Assembly: GCA_963693365.1 (NCBI GenBank)
Contig: CAVNZM010000003.1
Coordinates: 14,739,143-14,803,142 of the forward strand
From: Amoebidium appalachense
Lineage: Eukaryota; Protista; Ichthyosporea
Reading direction: 5' to 3'
Length of the DNA: 64,000 nucleotides
Shown in pieces: positions 41,734 to 55,866 of this stretch. The notes under the pieces were generated by a model that worked only from the letters and a program-made list of their open reading frames with translations, searched no databases and was not told the origin of the DNA. Each line of letters starts with the position of its first letter. Positions within the stretch are counted from its first letter, which is position 1. The position numbers and the translations under genes were made by a program.

Positions 41734-42178
41734 TTATCCGGTTAAAGCTAATGAGAAAGGGGTATTGCTGCTAATAACACCATCTACAGGCACAAGCCCT
41801 CCTACATCTTCCATTTCTTTAACGCTATCCACCACCCACACCACCACCTTTAAGCCATTTCTCTGTGCATCTTTAACCACATCCGTGCACATACCCCCAC
41901 TCACCACGCTAGGCATTAACATGAAATAATTATCGAAATTAGGCTTGGGTACCCACCCAGGAATACACATTGCGTATTCGCGCATATTCACATCCGTATA
42001 CTCTCTCTGGCTCAGAGAGCATGCCAGCTTTAAATTCGGAAATTCTATTCGCGCTTTTTGCACAAATTCCCTATTGTCACTAGTGAGGATGATTCGTTCG
42101 AGGGTTTCTGGGCTGGCTGAAATGGATGCTGCTAGGCTGCAGATACCTCTGTCTTGCTTGTCCTTTAAAGAAATAAGT

Positions 42179-42230
<52 letters not shown>

Positions 42231-42646
42231 GGGAGGGGGGTATTTGGGTGTGTTTTTGTGTGCGCGGAGGAAGGGGGGGGGGGGGGGGGGGGGGGGGGGG
42301 GAGTATGTGTATTTGCGTGCTTGTGTGCGTGTGTGTGTGGGGGGGGGGGGGGGGGGGGGGGGGAGGGGGGGGGGGAGGGAGGGGGAAGCGGGGAGGGGGG
42401 GAGGGGGACCGGGGTGGGAGAGGGGAAGGGTGCTGGGGGAGGGGAGAAAGAGGAAGGGTCGTGGGAGAGGGGGAGGGGCGGGGGGCGGGGGGTGGGGGGG
42501 GTGATGCATTAGCGGGAGTGAATATGGGAGCAAAGACAAAAAAATGGACCGGTACACAAAGGCCGAAAAAAAAAATAAAGGTACAGGCAGGTGATACTTG
42601 ATCATCATAAGGGTTCATATGCCTCCAAAACGAAAAGAAAAGGCAC

Positions 42647-42698
<52 letters not shown>

Positions 42699-44165
42699 GG
42701 AGGGGGGGGAGGGGGGATCGGGTGTGAAGGGAAGGAGGGAGGGAGGGAGGGACGGACGGACGGAGGGGGAGGCAGGGGGGGAGGATGTAATTATGCAGTA
42801 CACAGCACAAGCTAACAGCAGCGAACACACGTAAACAGTATGCAAAGAGTGTAAACAGTTGGACTAGTTAGGATAAGGCAGAGTACAACTGAATCAAAAT
42901 AAAGACAGAGAACGGGTAGAAAGGCACACGCGGCCAGGTTGCTTTTACTATGGGCCGACTCAGTCTGTCTCAGACTTCACTGATGTGATCCCCGTACTGG
43001 GACGGCTTTCTTATATAGCCCCCAGGTTTCGGATCAAGGCCCAGGATTGGTTCATCCGCGGCCAGCGCGGGTGGCAACATGCCATTCGTGATTCTGGTGC
43101 GGTCCGAGCCAGTCAGACCTTTGTCCTATTTATGCAAACCTCTTATTGGTTCACTTCGTTTATGTGGTATGCAGCTGAAGAACCATATATGGTTCAATTC
43201 TTAGGTCAGAGTGAGTCCTATTGGTGCGGACATAATATTTATGTGATATTCATGACAAAGCACGAATCGTGTGCTAGTAGATCACATTCTTTAGTAAACA
43301 TGTACAGTTCATGTGTACAGTTGTTTACAAAGAGGCATGCAGGTGCCATGCGATATAGTTGCAGCAAAAGTCTATCATTTGCTGGGGCGTGAGTGGGTGT
43401 GTAGATGAATGTGTCGTTGGGTGGTTGGGTGGGTGTGTGAAAAATTTGCGCAAGGGGGGGGGGGGGGGGGGGGGGGAGGGGGGAGGAGGGAGAGGGGGAG
43501 GAGGGAGAGGGGGGGGGGGGGGGGGAAGAAGACAGGTATCCAGAGAGAGGTGTGCGAGATACAGCACACTCTGCAGGGTTGAGTTTGTATGCAGGTCAAG
43601 TGTGTGCAAGGGGAGAGGACGGGGCGGGGCGGGGGGGGGGGGGGGGGGGGAGAGAGAGAGAGAAAGGGAGAAAGAAGGGGGTGCACCGGAGCAGAGGGGT
43701 CAGGGAGCAGGGGATCGGATGGGGGGGGCAGGGGAAGGGGAAGAGGGGAAGAGAGGGGGGGGGGGGTTATGAAAAAGATGTATTAAATTGCGCGATAACG
43801 TTAAAGTTAAAGAGCAGAAGAAAAGGGGAGTAGGGGCGGGGGTGATGGAAAAACACCTTCTACACCCCATACGTGCATTCCCCCCCCCCCCCCCCCCCCC
43901 CTTTTCCCCCTGCCCCTCCTCCCCTCCCCTTCACTCTCCCTCCCTGACTTTAGTTTCATCTCTCCCTCCCCCCTTTTTTCTCTTCCACCTGTGCGCCTGT
44001 GTCTATGTGTGCGCAGGGTGGCAAGGGGATTTAGGTGCACTTGTATGTACACGTGTGTATGAGTGTGTGGGTCGGTGTATATATTCTTGGTGTCACCGGA
44101 TAAATGCGTGTGTGCATATGTGTGTGTGTGTGTGTGTGCGTGCGTGTGTGTGTGTGTGTGTGTGC

Positions 44166-44221
<56 letters not shown>

Positions 44222-45280
44222 GTGCATATGTGTGTGTGTGTGTGTGTTTGCACATGAACGGTTTGTTAGTGTGCGTAGAGAGTGCAGGTATGCTTTGTGC
44301 GCCATTTTCCTTCTTGCCCCGAGAGGGAGGCAGATGAGGGGAGGGAGGGGGGCGGGGGACGGGGGGGGGGGGGGGGGGGGGGGGGGGGAGGGGGGTGGGC
44401 GGGAAGGGTGGGGGGCTTAGGAGTATGTGCTAATCCCTCCGCAGTCAATTTGTGTTGCCCATAAAGTGGAGCTTCAATTTGTGAAGGCAGAGGCCGGAAG
44501 GCAGGTTGGGTTGGATAAGTGGGGCACTGTGTTTGTTTGTGTGTGTGTGTGTGCGCGTGCGTGAGTGTGTGTGTGCATGTATGGCCACGTGTGCGTTTGT
44601 TGATGAATGTTTGTATGGGTGGATGTGGGTGCTTGGAGGCAGATCGAAGCAAGGGGGGAGGGGGAGGGGGTGGGATAAAACAAAGCCAGCACAGTTCACA
44701 TAAAGTGTATCACCGGGAAGTGCCAACCATTCGAATCACCAAAGCAGGACCCACGTACCTCCATTCCTAAACTAGAACACCGTGCTCCAGAATACTCTCC
44801 AAGTGACCCTTTGGGCTCAACCGTCACCCATTCGATGGCATCCCTAAATTCCCTCACCCACTCGACGAGTTCTTCCCATGGTGCAACATTCAACCGATTT
44901 CCATTCAGAATTTCCGAGCTTTTTTTCCGTTCTACTTCTTCCACACTCTCCTGCGGCCTACCAACCACGACCACCCCATCACTAGCGACATACACGTCAA
45001 GATCGAAACATGTGATTCCCGTTGCCAAAAGCAGATTTAATCTTTCCATTATTGGTGTTCCTTGATCCTCCATGGCACCAAGACCGAGTGCACGGTGGGA
45101 GCAAACACGTGGTCGGGTATGCGCATCAACGTGGCGGTTCGGTTCAAAACTTCGACGCAAATATGTGAATAGCACCACTGTGATTATTAGACCAAGACAA
45201 AATACGAACAGGCGTTGAAGTGTACGGGAAGCCGTCGGAGAGAGGGGGCGTGGAGCAGCATGGAACACTCGATGAGTCAT
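41734..45280 (-). CDS. Membrane-anchored glycerophosphodiester phosphodiesterase (GDPD)-like protein, 2 exons, about 316 aa
   Basis: Exons 45280-44759 and 42162-41734 (phase 0, GT-AG). N-terminal TM segment, then CSHRA, GITCFDLDV..SDG, VEPKG, GLKVVVWVVD and VDGVISSN. Confidence 0.88.
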
Positions 45281-46129
45281 TTTAATTTTCACTTTCCGGA
45301 ACTTTTATAAGATGGCATGGGGGAGGAAGGGAGGGAGAGGAGGAAGGGAAAGGGGGAGGGAGGGAGGGAGAGATAGAGGGAGGGAGCAGGGGAGGGAGGG
45401 AGGGAGGGGGGGGGAGGGAGGGGGGAGGGTGGGAGGGAGGTAGGGAGGGAGGGAGGAAGGGAAAGAGGGAGGGAGGGAGGGAGGGAGGGACGGGGAGAGA
45501 GGGGGAGGGAGGCAGGAAGGGAGGAAGGGAGGGAGGGAGGGAGGGAGGCAGGGAGGGAGGGGGGGAGAGAGGGAAGTACGGAGGCAGAGAGAGAGAGAGA
45601 GAGGGAGGGAGAGAGGGAGAGAGAGGGAGAGGGAGGGCAATGGAGAGAGAATACTGCGTAGTGCAGAGGGAAAGAGAGGAAGAGAGAGGTGCTGGTTGGA
45701 ACGCAAGATGTAATTTTAATATTGAAATGGACGTTGTTGTCTCAGAACACAATAAGAAAGAGGAACAGTGGGGTACCATAACTGTGGTGGCCGCCGGGAA
45801 AGCGTGTATATTAGCCGACAGTACGCGATGTTATCCTCTGGATCGGTGTCATTTTTTTCTGCCTTTTCCACCGCTGAAAAAAGAGTTTTGATAATCAATG
45901 ATGTTGGAGAAGGTGCGGTGCCTCTTGTCAAGTGCATTGAAATGCATAAAATGACTCGAGATTCCAGATGTTCTTCACTTCACACTGACTAGCTCAGGGG
46001 TGTGGCTGCGCACGAGAACTGGCCGGTGCGCGCGCCGGTTGCGGTCCGGACTCTAAAATAACGGTTGCACGGCACCGTTTAGGTGAAATAACCTCCTTAG
46101 CTGATCCAAGATTGAGCGATATATGACTG

Positions 46130-46349
46130 GGGGGTTTATAACGCTGTTTACTCGAGGCAAAGAGAGACCAGTCTCAGGTATGGGGGGGGGTTTTTGCTCG
46201 GAATATCCCCTCAGCGGTATATCATGATCAAGTACATAGATGTGGGGTTTACGCTGTTTACTCGAGGCAAAGAGAAACCAGTCTCAGGTATGGGGGGTTT
46301 TGCTCGGAATATCCCCTCAGCGGTATATCATGATCACGTACATAGATGT
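46130..46349. repeat. Tandem duplication of about 105 bp
   Basis: ACGCTGTTTACTCGAGGCAAAGAGA...GCTCGGAATATCCCCTCAGCGGTATATCATGATCA occurs twice. Confidence 0.92.
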
Positions 46350-46360
46350 CGGGTGATGAC

Positions 46361-46404
46361 TATATATCAGGGTTTACTTTCTCTACGAGACACCATAAAG
46401 ACTA
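46361..46404. repeat. Direct repeat matching about 50536-50633; this copy is the empty site of the 46-bp element
   Basis: TATATATCAGGGTTTACTTTCTCTACGAGACACCATAAAGAC is present at both loci. Confidence 0.9.
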
Positions 46405-46434
46405 CAAGGAGAAATCAATTAGTTGGGGTTCCCC

Positions 46435-46486
<52 letters not shown>

Positions 46487-46515
46487 GGGCTCCCCTGGGA
46501 CACTCGGTATCAGCT

Positions 46516-46623
<108 letters not shown>

Positions 46624-46795
46624 TGTTTGTGTGTGTGTGCGCGTGCGCTAGAATTTTGTAGTGATGTGTTTCTCAAGCCAATCAATACATCTAATAAACA
46701 GGTCGTAGCTACGCGTGTTTAGTATAAAATCAAGGATGTTGTAATTTACAGGTAGGCTATCTTTCTGGGTGTCTGTTGTGAATGTGACGTGTGTG

Positions 46796-49700
46796 CCTCG
46801 CGTTTGAATACATAGGCGGGGCCGGACAAGTGATCAGATTTATAATATAGAGTAAATCGATCGTAGGTATATTGTCCAATAGCGCTTGTTGAATAATTTG
46901 GTGTCAGCGCACCCGGCGAGCCAGACGAGTAGTGCGATTGGCTTCTAATCATGTCGCGTGTTAGGCGCCCCATCGGCCAGCTCGTTTCGCATGTCAGAGG
47001 GCCTTCCGACTTCGAACTTAGGAAGAGTCAACGTACGTTGCCGATGATAGCTATAGCGACCGTTCTTACCTCCGTTACAAACATACTGTTAGAGATAGCA
47101 TTATGGTTCTAGTGATATTATACATATACATAATACTATTGTGCTATCTTCTGCGCCTGCATCGGCTCCTAATAGTGCGCGGGCTGGCCTGCCTCTGTTT
47201 TGGTTGAGGTGTGCAAACGTGCAAGGGCACACATGCAAGCACACTTTGTTCGTGCAGCCAAGTTAAAGCCTAACTTTTCATAAAGCTTTTAATATAAAGG
47301 ACTTTCGCGTGATTCAACGTGGAGTAACATCCTGTTTCCCATGCCTTCCTTGGCATGGTCGTGAGCGCTTCGAATTCTGCTTCGTGCCCTACCTCCCTCC
47401 CTCCCTCCCCCCTCCCCCCCTCCCCCCCTCTCTCTCCCCCTCACTCCCTTTCCACAGAACACCTCCCCGGGCCTCTATGTTCCCCTCTCCCCCATCACCC
47501 TCCCTTTCTATCCCCATGTAGGCTCCCCCCTGCTCCCCCTCATCCCCGGTTGAAGCCCTACAACAGAACGTTTTTTTGCTACTCCAACCACACACTCAGT
47601 ACGTCCACCCACACTGCACCACTTTCCCCAAGCCCCCCCCCCCCCCCCCCCCCCCCTCTTCCTTCCCACCTTTGTGCCCTTTTTTCTTTCCCCTGTTGGT
47701 ACCCCTTTCTTCTTCTCGTCACGTTCTCTGCTGTCGTTCTCCTAACACCGATCTGACCGACTCCAGCCCCTCCCCCCCCCCCCCCCCCCCCCCCCCCTCC
47801 TCTTCCCCCTAACTCCGAGGGCTCCGGTGAACACTGGCCTTCACCTCCCTCCCTTTTCCCCCTTCCCTTCCGACACGCACATACCACTAGGCTATAGTAC
47901 TACCAACCATATCCCCAAATCCGACCACGGTCCTTGCTTCCCCCCCTCGGGGGTGCCCTCCCCCCTTTTTTTACACAATAACTTTACAAGCACAAGAAAG
48001 GAAGTGTATTCCCTTCTCACCTCTCTTAACTCGTCTTGCCAGTGGAATAAAAGGGGGGATGTGGGGAGGATGGGCTGGCGGGGGTGAGGAGAGCAGGGTG
48101 AGAGGGCAAGGATGGTAAGCTGAAAGAGAGGATGAGAACGTTTACGGTGTGTGCATGTGCGTGTGTGTGTGAGATGGTGTGTGATCGTGTGTGCAACGGT
48201 GTGCGTGTGTGCAGAACTGTGGGTGCAGGGGCGCGCGCGCGCGCGTGTGTGTGTGTGTGTTTGTGTGTGTGCGTGTGTCCGTGTGTGCATGTTGGCGTGC
48301 GGGCGTGCGTGTGTATGTGTGTGAGTGCCTCCTATATTAGGTGTGTGCTCTTCATGGCCGTGCACGCATGTGCGCGCCCGCACGCACGCGCGTGTGTGTC
48401 TGTGTTTGAGTGAGTGGGTATCATTGGGTGTGTGTATGTGTGTGGACACGTGCGCGCATGTGTGTAGAGGCTCCCCAGGAAACATGTGGCAGCAGGTGGA
48501 AGCTGTTAGCTCTGGGTAGTGCCGGCACAGGTGTGAAACGGTGTGAAATGAGTGAGTGTGTTTGTTGGGGGAAAGGGGGAGGGGGGGGGGGGGGGGGGGG
48601 GGGTTGGACCCCTTTCCCCCCCTCCCACCCTCCATTCTCTGCACGTACACCCCTGTCAGGACACTTGTGTTCGGCAAGATCAAGAGAAACTATGTGCCGC
48701 CCACCTCCCCTCTATGTGAATGCACACACAAAAACACTGCAACTATCCCCCGCCTCGGTTAGAGTGTCCTTCCCCCCCCCCCCCCCCCCCTCCCCCCTCC
48801 GTTAGAGTGTCCTTTCCACCCTCCCCTCCCCTCCCCCTCCGTTAGCGTCTCCTTTCCACCCTCCCCTTCTCCCCCCCTCCGTCTCAGTCTCCTTTCCACC
48901 CACCCCTGAGCTGCCCTTTGCCCATCCTTGTGGTCTCGGCCATGCACGTGAGCAAGATTGCTTGAAATATTAACTGCTAGTATGGATCATTGCTGGCTTT
49001 ACGGCGGCGTTTCGCTACCTGCAAGAGTTCTCGGTTCGTGCCTGAGTACGACACGTGCGGTTGCATGCTTGCGATTATTGCACAGCGGCAAGAAAAAGAG
49101 CCAAATAAACACAAAAATATATTCTAAGCCACGTATACTTTCGAGGTCTCGCCTATTACGCGTCTGCGCCAAGTTCGGGTTATCTTTATCTCTTGCTATA
49201 CGTCCATCCACGTCAACGTTCAAACTGAGACTCCGACTGACACAGCCAGACAGCCGTCACTGAGGTACGCGGCTATCAGAAGCTGTCAGGCAGCCGGCGA
49301 AACACTAGTTTGAGAGCCAGTCTGATTGGCTAGCAAGCCAAGCAAAAGAAATCGGTCGTCTGCTGCGCTCAAGCGAAAACCAATCAATCGATTCCAGAAT
49401 CTTTTACTTCACTCACATTTCGTAAATTTTTTCATATGGATAGATCGTAGCTTCACTAAGTAAACTTAGTGAAGGGACAAGCCACCTAGCCTAGGGGGGC
49501 AAAACCAGAATTGTACCCGATGATCCGGCGCGGAAGGCGGAAAACAAGAACTTGTTAAAAGCGCTGTAATACCTATAGAAAGCTAACTTTAATACACTAT
49601 TTTTCAATAAAACATTTTTTTATTATATTTACTAAGTTTTGAACATAGTTAGTACCTTTAGTTGAACACTACTTAAGTACTGCAAGCGCTGGGCGCCGCG

Positions 49701-49995
49701 GTGCGGCTAAGCCGCTTGTAGCGCTAAGTGGCTATATATCAGTATATACTCTTACCGTTTGCTTTCATTGGCTAGTGCAGGAATGCTGTTGGTATATATA
49801 AAGAGGACAAAGAGGTGAAGACAAACACTTTCTGTGAGTGTTTTCCCTTCATTTGTTTCCTAGTTATGGAGCGCTAAAGAGATACATCCTGCGCCCACAT
49901 CAATCAAAACCATTTACCCCCACTCTGGAAATTGGTCTTTAGCCGCCAGCCAATCACACAGATGTCCGGACCCGCCTATGTATTCAAACGTAAGG
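46796..49995. mobile_element. 3.2-kb TIR element, apparently non-autonomous, superfamily unassigned
   Basis: 33-bp TIRs at 46796-46828 and 49963-49995 (30/33 identical; CCT(CG/TA)CGTTTGAATACATAGGCGGG(G/T)CCGGACA). GTG on both flanks is a possible 3-bp TSD. No transposase recognised. Confidence 0.78.
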
Positions 49996-50400
49996 GTGTT
50001 GCGGTATTATGTGGTCTATCAAACTACATTTGGCGATACACGACCGGTTAAACTGGTGTGTGTGTGTGTTGTTTGGGCATGCAAATGATGCCACCTTATA
50101 CTTATTAGATCTCCACTGTATAGCACGTGTACAGTAAAAGCGTGGTAATTGATCAATAATACCATCAGCTAGAGAAAGACCAGTTCTACAGGAAGGTAAT
50201 ATGTATTTAGGTGTTATACATTTGCGAGTGCCATATTTGGCAATATGGTTGAGGCAGTCAGTATATATAAAACGAGACATAAGGCTTAGTTTTTCAAGGT
50301 GTATGCTTTCATCGGGTCTAGTGTCGTGTGGTATCTTTTTCCATTTGTTATATTGCGTGATTATCTTGTGATTGTGTACATGTTTAATAAGTAAGTGGCA
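49996..50400 (-). pseudogene. Probable diverged member of the unknown tandem family, cut by the TIR element
   Basis: KYGTR...FYCTRAIQWRSNKYK...IPQ resembles KYGT*...LYATARIW...RNKFK...IPQ of the 60.7-61.1 kb copy. The frame runs directly into the TIR. Confidence 0.4.
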
Positions 50401-50576
50401 GTCCAAAGTCACACACACACTATTGCGGGGTTTATTTGTATTTGTGCCCAGGGGAGAAGGGGAGAGAGAGGGAAGGAAAGAGGGGAGACGTGTGATGACT
50501 ATGGGGTTTACACACTTTTTATTGCGTGGACTATGTATATATCAGGGTTTACTTTCTCTACGAGACACCATAAAGA

Positions 50577-50622
50577 CACGGCCATCTTTGTTTGTAGAGA
50601 CTCGAGTCTCTAGATGGCCGTG
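50577..50622. mobile_element. 46-bp hairpin element with 11-bp TIR and 8-bp TSD
   Basis: CATAAAGA|CACGGCCATCT-TTGTTTGTAGAGACTCGAGTCTCT-AGATGGCCGTG|CATAAAGA. The uninterrupted site is at 46394-46401. Confidence 0.85.
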
Positions 50623-51130
50623 CATAAAGACTAAGAAAAAAAATTTCTTTTGACTCGGGTTTATTGATCCGTTGATGAAGGCAACGTGCAGCCACAGGCT
50701 ACATAACCACCAATAGAACTGAAAAAGCCAAAGCTACGAATTAAAATTAAAGCAACAAGTGACAAAGGACACCAGCGGGCAAAACCTTAAGTGTACGTGC
50801 ACGTGTATGCGTGAAACTAGTTTGCTCCAACTAGTCATATGCATCGATGTTGACCAGACCACACCCCGCAAGAAGACATCATTACTGCTCCTTCCCAACA
50901 GGCCCTCCTCAAAACCTACCGAGGCACAGCAAGCAAGTCAGCCTCTAAAAGAGCAATGCAGACCAAATCTGAGCTAAAAAACAATCCCAATGGGCATCCC
51001 CCCCCCACACACACACACCCAATCATCCGCCCACCTCCCCCCCTAACCCCCCCCCCCCCCCCCCCCCACACATACACACATCCCACCCACCCACCCTTCC
51101 CATCTCCCTCCCCCCAGCTCTCCCCCCCCC

Positions 51131-51295
<165 letters not shown>

Positions 51296-51322
51296 GTGGC
51301 ACACACACACACACATCCACAC

Positions 51323-51405
<83 letters not shown>

Positions 51406-51567
51406 CGGGCACAGGCGCACACACACACACGTTCAAGCACACGCACAGACACACACACATGCCCGTGCGCGCACACACACACACACACACGCGCACACAC
51501 GCACACACACGCACACACGCACACACGCACACACGCACACACGCACACACGCACACACGCGCACACA

Positions 51568-51657
<90 letters not shown>

Positions 51658-51814
51658 GTGAGGTAAGTCTTGAGCTTTCCTTGAATCCGTTGAAATTTCC
51701 GGTTTTTTTTTTTTTTTTTTTTTTTTTGGGGGGGGGGGGGGGGGGAGGAGGTGAGGGAGGGGGGGGGGGGGGGGGGGGAGTTGGAGGGGAAGCCCCTCCC
51801 CCCCTATTATTTAT

Positions 51815-52921
51815 CTCGAGAACCAAGACAGTAAATGAACTATCAGCGAAGAAATGGGTGGAAGCGCCTGTCTGTCTAGATGTGATTAGAGGCATCCCAA
51901 TATATAATGTGTCACCGCAGATTATTTTCATGATCATATGATAATAATGGCTGAACCCGGTTCGAGTTCGGACCAAATCAAACCGTTAATCAAACCCCAG
52001 CAGATATATTTCTTCATGAATCTGGTTGGGCCACAATCCAACCTGCCAGCCACTAAGACACTTTATAAGTGTCCACATTGGTGCTCAGAACTGGGCAAAG
52101 GCCCCACCATCTCCAAGGACTGCAGGAGGGGCTGGCCACACTACACGATGCTAAACATTCGTAAAAAACACTGTCACAGTACACGTCCCATTCACATACA
52201 TATTCCCTCCCCTTCCTTTCCTCTCCCCTTCTATCTCCCACCACCACCACCAACCGTTTATTCTGCCCTGGCCACTCTCTGAGTGATTAAACATCACAAT
52301 CGGGTAGCTGAAGAATTCGTGCATGCCCCTGTTTTCTGTTTTTTGAAGTTTAGGGTTGATTATATCGGAAGTGTATCACGTGCATAGTCAACATTAAGCA
52401 TGAGAGCTTATGATAATAATAGGATTTCAATGTGACTGTTAGTAGGTGTGCCCATTCCAACGCCTTTACACCCCCAGCATAAAAGCTCCATGTACTGTAG
52501 TACCAATCATGTGTTCTTCACCGCGCACACTAGCATACACTTTGGCAAAAAAAATGCTAAATTCCTATTGGAGACATGTGATATTGCAAAGTAAAAACGC
52601 AATTATCTTAGTAAGCCAATTGAGAGAGGGCTACTGAGCTACTGATTAGACTCCCCTGTTCCTCTAACCCCCCCTCCCCGCCCCCGCCCCCCCCCCCCCT
52701 CCTCCCCGCCCTCCCGCCAAGGAAAAAAAAGAGAAAGAAAAAAAGGAGACAGTCAAAGACAGTGCTCGCGCATGCACACACACATGCACACAGGAACTGG
52801 CTCGCACACCGTCACGGACACACATGTGTACACATAGGTGAGGGGAAGCCCTGTGTTGTAGTTTGACGCTTAAGGTGTTATTTTCCCACAGGGATTTTTT
52901 GTTTTCTTGATTTTTTTTTTT

Positions 52922-52952
<31 letters not shown>

Positions 52953-52969
52953 GGGAGGGAGGAGGGACT

Positions 52970-53003
<34 letters not shown>

Positions 53004-53099
53004 ATTTGTCGAAGCAATCCAGAAGACTAACACGGGTCCACATATGCATCTACGAGTACCAAAACAGAAGCATGAAAAAACACGTTTTTTTTTTTTTTT

Positions 53100-53138
<39 letters not shown>

Positions 53139-53620
53139 AGGTAGAAGCTCACACCGAATTAGTTAGGATCCTCAGGGCCTAATCACACCATCCTGATAAT
53201 GTACTCGCCTTTCAATAATCATTATACTAGTTATGCTTTAGCTTAATAACTTATTTGAGCATATTAGTCATAGAACATTTTGCTGTAATAAGGCTGAAAG
53301 CGAGTTTATTATGCTAGTGTGGATGGCCACTATGTGTGGAGTATGCTGGGTTTACGACATTTCATTGACCACCGCCCAGTCTGCTTCTTTCATTTCTATC
53401 CCCCCCCCCCCTCCCCCCCCTCCCCACAACAAAAATAACTATTTAAAAAAAAAAAAAAAAAAAAAAAAACCCTCATTAAAAAACCTTAAAAAAAACAACC
53501 TTGAGCAGCCTCGCTCCCGGCTCAACAAGCACGGGAACCCGGTCACACCCACAAAACTGATAAAGAATACTCCAAATACGTGCACAGGTGTGTTCACACT
53601 GTGATACACGGACGAACCAT

Positions 53621-53672
<52 letters not shown>

Positions 53673-53993
53673 CACACACACGCGCCTGCGTGCGCGCGTG
53701 CGTACGTGTGGTGTGAGTGCATGCACGCACGCAAGCACGCACTCACGCACGCATGCACGCCGCCGCACATGAACGCACTCACATCATACGCTCGCACACA
53801 CGCACACACACACACACACAAACACACAGACATACATACACAGTCGCACACTCACGGTAACATTGCCCGTGCTCTTTTAATTGTAAAACAAGGAATCCGT
53901 ACTCTGTTTTTTACCTTTTTCTTTTTTTCTTTCTTCTTTTCTGTGTATGGGGGGAGGGAGGGGGGGGGGGGCATATACTTCAGGGCCCCCCTC

Positions 53994-54052
<59 letters not shown>

Positions 54053-54074
54053 CACATGCACACACACACGCACG

Positions 54075-54151
<77 letters not shown>

Positions 54152-54157
54152 GCACGC

Positions 54158-54198
<41 letters not shown>

Positions 54199-54825
54199 TC
54201 CATCCCCACACCACCTTCAAAAAAAAAAAAAAAAAAAAAAAAAGGACACATACCCCGGATTGAATCCACACACAAAAAGAGACAATAGAAGGTAAACTTA
54301 AATGCCTACAGATTTTTTTTTTCTTAGTCTAGTCTGATGATTACGAGCCAGGCAAATGGCTGCAGTAACGAATCCACACCAACAATCATACATTTTCAGA
54401 GGGGAAGGGCAGCCCCCCCTCCCCCCCCCCCCACACACACACCACCATCTTTCCTTCCCCCCCCCCCCCCCCCTTTCCCCCCCTCCCCGCCCCGCTTTTT
54501 CCTTCGCAGGCGGGTCTCTGTTCTTTTTTTAATTTTTTTCATTGTCGGTTTCAAACGGAGATAACGGTTTTGGGAAAAAGGAGAGGTGTGTGTGGTGTGG
54601 GAGGAGGAGGGGGGAAAGCAGGAAAGGAAGGGGGAAAGGGGGGGCGGGGGAGGGGAGGGGGCTAAGGCTTCAATTAGAGAGAGTCCCTTCAGAGCCGGAG
54701 AAGAAGGTGTGTGTATGAGGGGTGAGTGTGTGTGAAGGGGCAAAGTCGAAGGCAAACCAAGAGGGCGAAGAGAGGTGTTTCTAGGGGCTCCGGCCGGAGG
54801 AAGAGGGGGGGGGGAGGGGGGGGGG

Positions 54826-54860
<35 letters not shown>

Positions 54861-55866
54861 TGTTTCCCGTCAGTTGCCTCTCTCTAGTTCGTTTGGCATG
54901 TACTAAGTTTTGGCCTACGTGATTTAATTTTTACTCGACTATGGGTGTGTTTGGCTCTTGTGCTTCTCTATAGGGGGAGATGCCAGTACGTGACCGTGTG
55001 TGGGGTGCTTGTGTGTGTGTTTGTCTGTTGCATGTGTGTACGCGCTCGAGTTCAAGTTTCTGTCTTTCTGTGTGCGTGTGCGTGTTGTGTGCATGTGTGT
55101 GTTGGTGTGTGGTTGGATGGTTTTTTTTTTTTTTTTTTTTTTTTTGGGGGGGGGGGGGGGGGAGGGGAGGACGATGACCACAAGGAAGAAGAGGAAATGG
55201 GTGTGTGTGTGTTGGGAAAGAGGGGTGCCTGCACGTGGACATGCGCAGATGGGGGAGGGGAGGGGAGGGGGGGGGGGGGGGGGGGGGCTCTGAGGGTGGT
55301 TGGAAGGGGGGGGGGGGGGGGGAGGGGGGATCTGCGGGTGGTGGGAAGGGGGGGGGGGGGGGGGGGGGGGGGGGGGAGGGCGGGGGGGAACAGTCCCATA
55401 ATCAGCGTCTGCACCAATATGGGCCCGTAATTGGCCTTGTGGATGTCACAAAAATTGATCAGATCCTTCCTACAGCGTGCCTACAGCCAACAAGCGGAAC
55501 CAGAGTCGCCATCGTGTATGAAGTGTAAAGCTAATCTTTACTAATTATCTTCTTTGCTCGTAATGATACAAGAGTTGACGCATGGCCAATGACCTGAAAT
55601 GCACCAACGCCGGTTATATGGACATCGATGGGAGCATTTGGACTGGCGCCGGCATCAGCACAAACGAGAGCAAAGGATGGCTCTAAGTATGCCAATAACT
55701 ACAGGGGAAAACATGTGTGTATCCCTATTTATTTGTAACACACATCGTCACCATGGCTTATAATTGAGAGGACCTTGGCTGACAAAACATGGCAGAGAAA
55801 TGAGAGAATCAGCGAAACCGTTAGCATGCGTGAAAATGTACGGCGTTTCCGTTTTGCATGCTGCAT
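51815..55866 (-). pseudogene. Degenerate gene(s) for an unknown, probably secreted Cys-containing protein
   Basis: Signal-peptide-like MLTVSLILSFLCHVLSAK and phase-0 exons LLAYLEPSFALVCADAGASPNAPIDVHITGVGAFQ and ARCRKDLINFCDIHKANYGPIL (55.4-55.9 kb). A further segment at 52150-51815 reads GDGGAFAQF*APMWTLIKC...GLWPNQI...FD*RFDLV...DTLYIG...TGASTH, with two stops. Confidence 0.45.

Noticed and set aside
42985-43392. 135-aa + strand ORF inside the GDPD intron
   Set aside because: Non-ATG start and no recognisable motif; probably a non-coding insertion.
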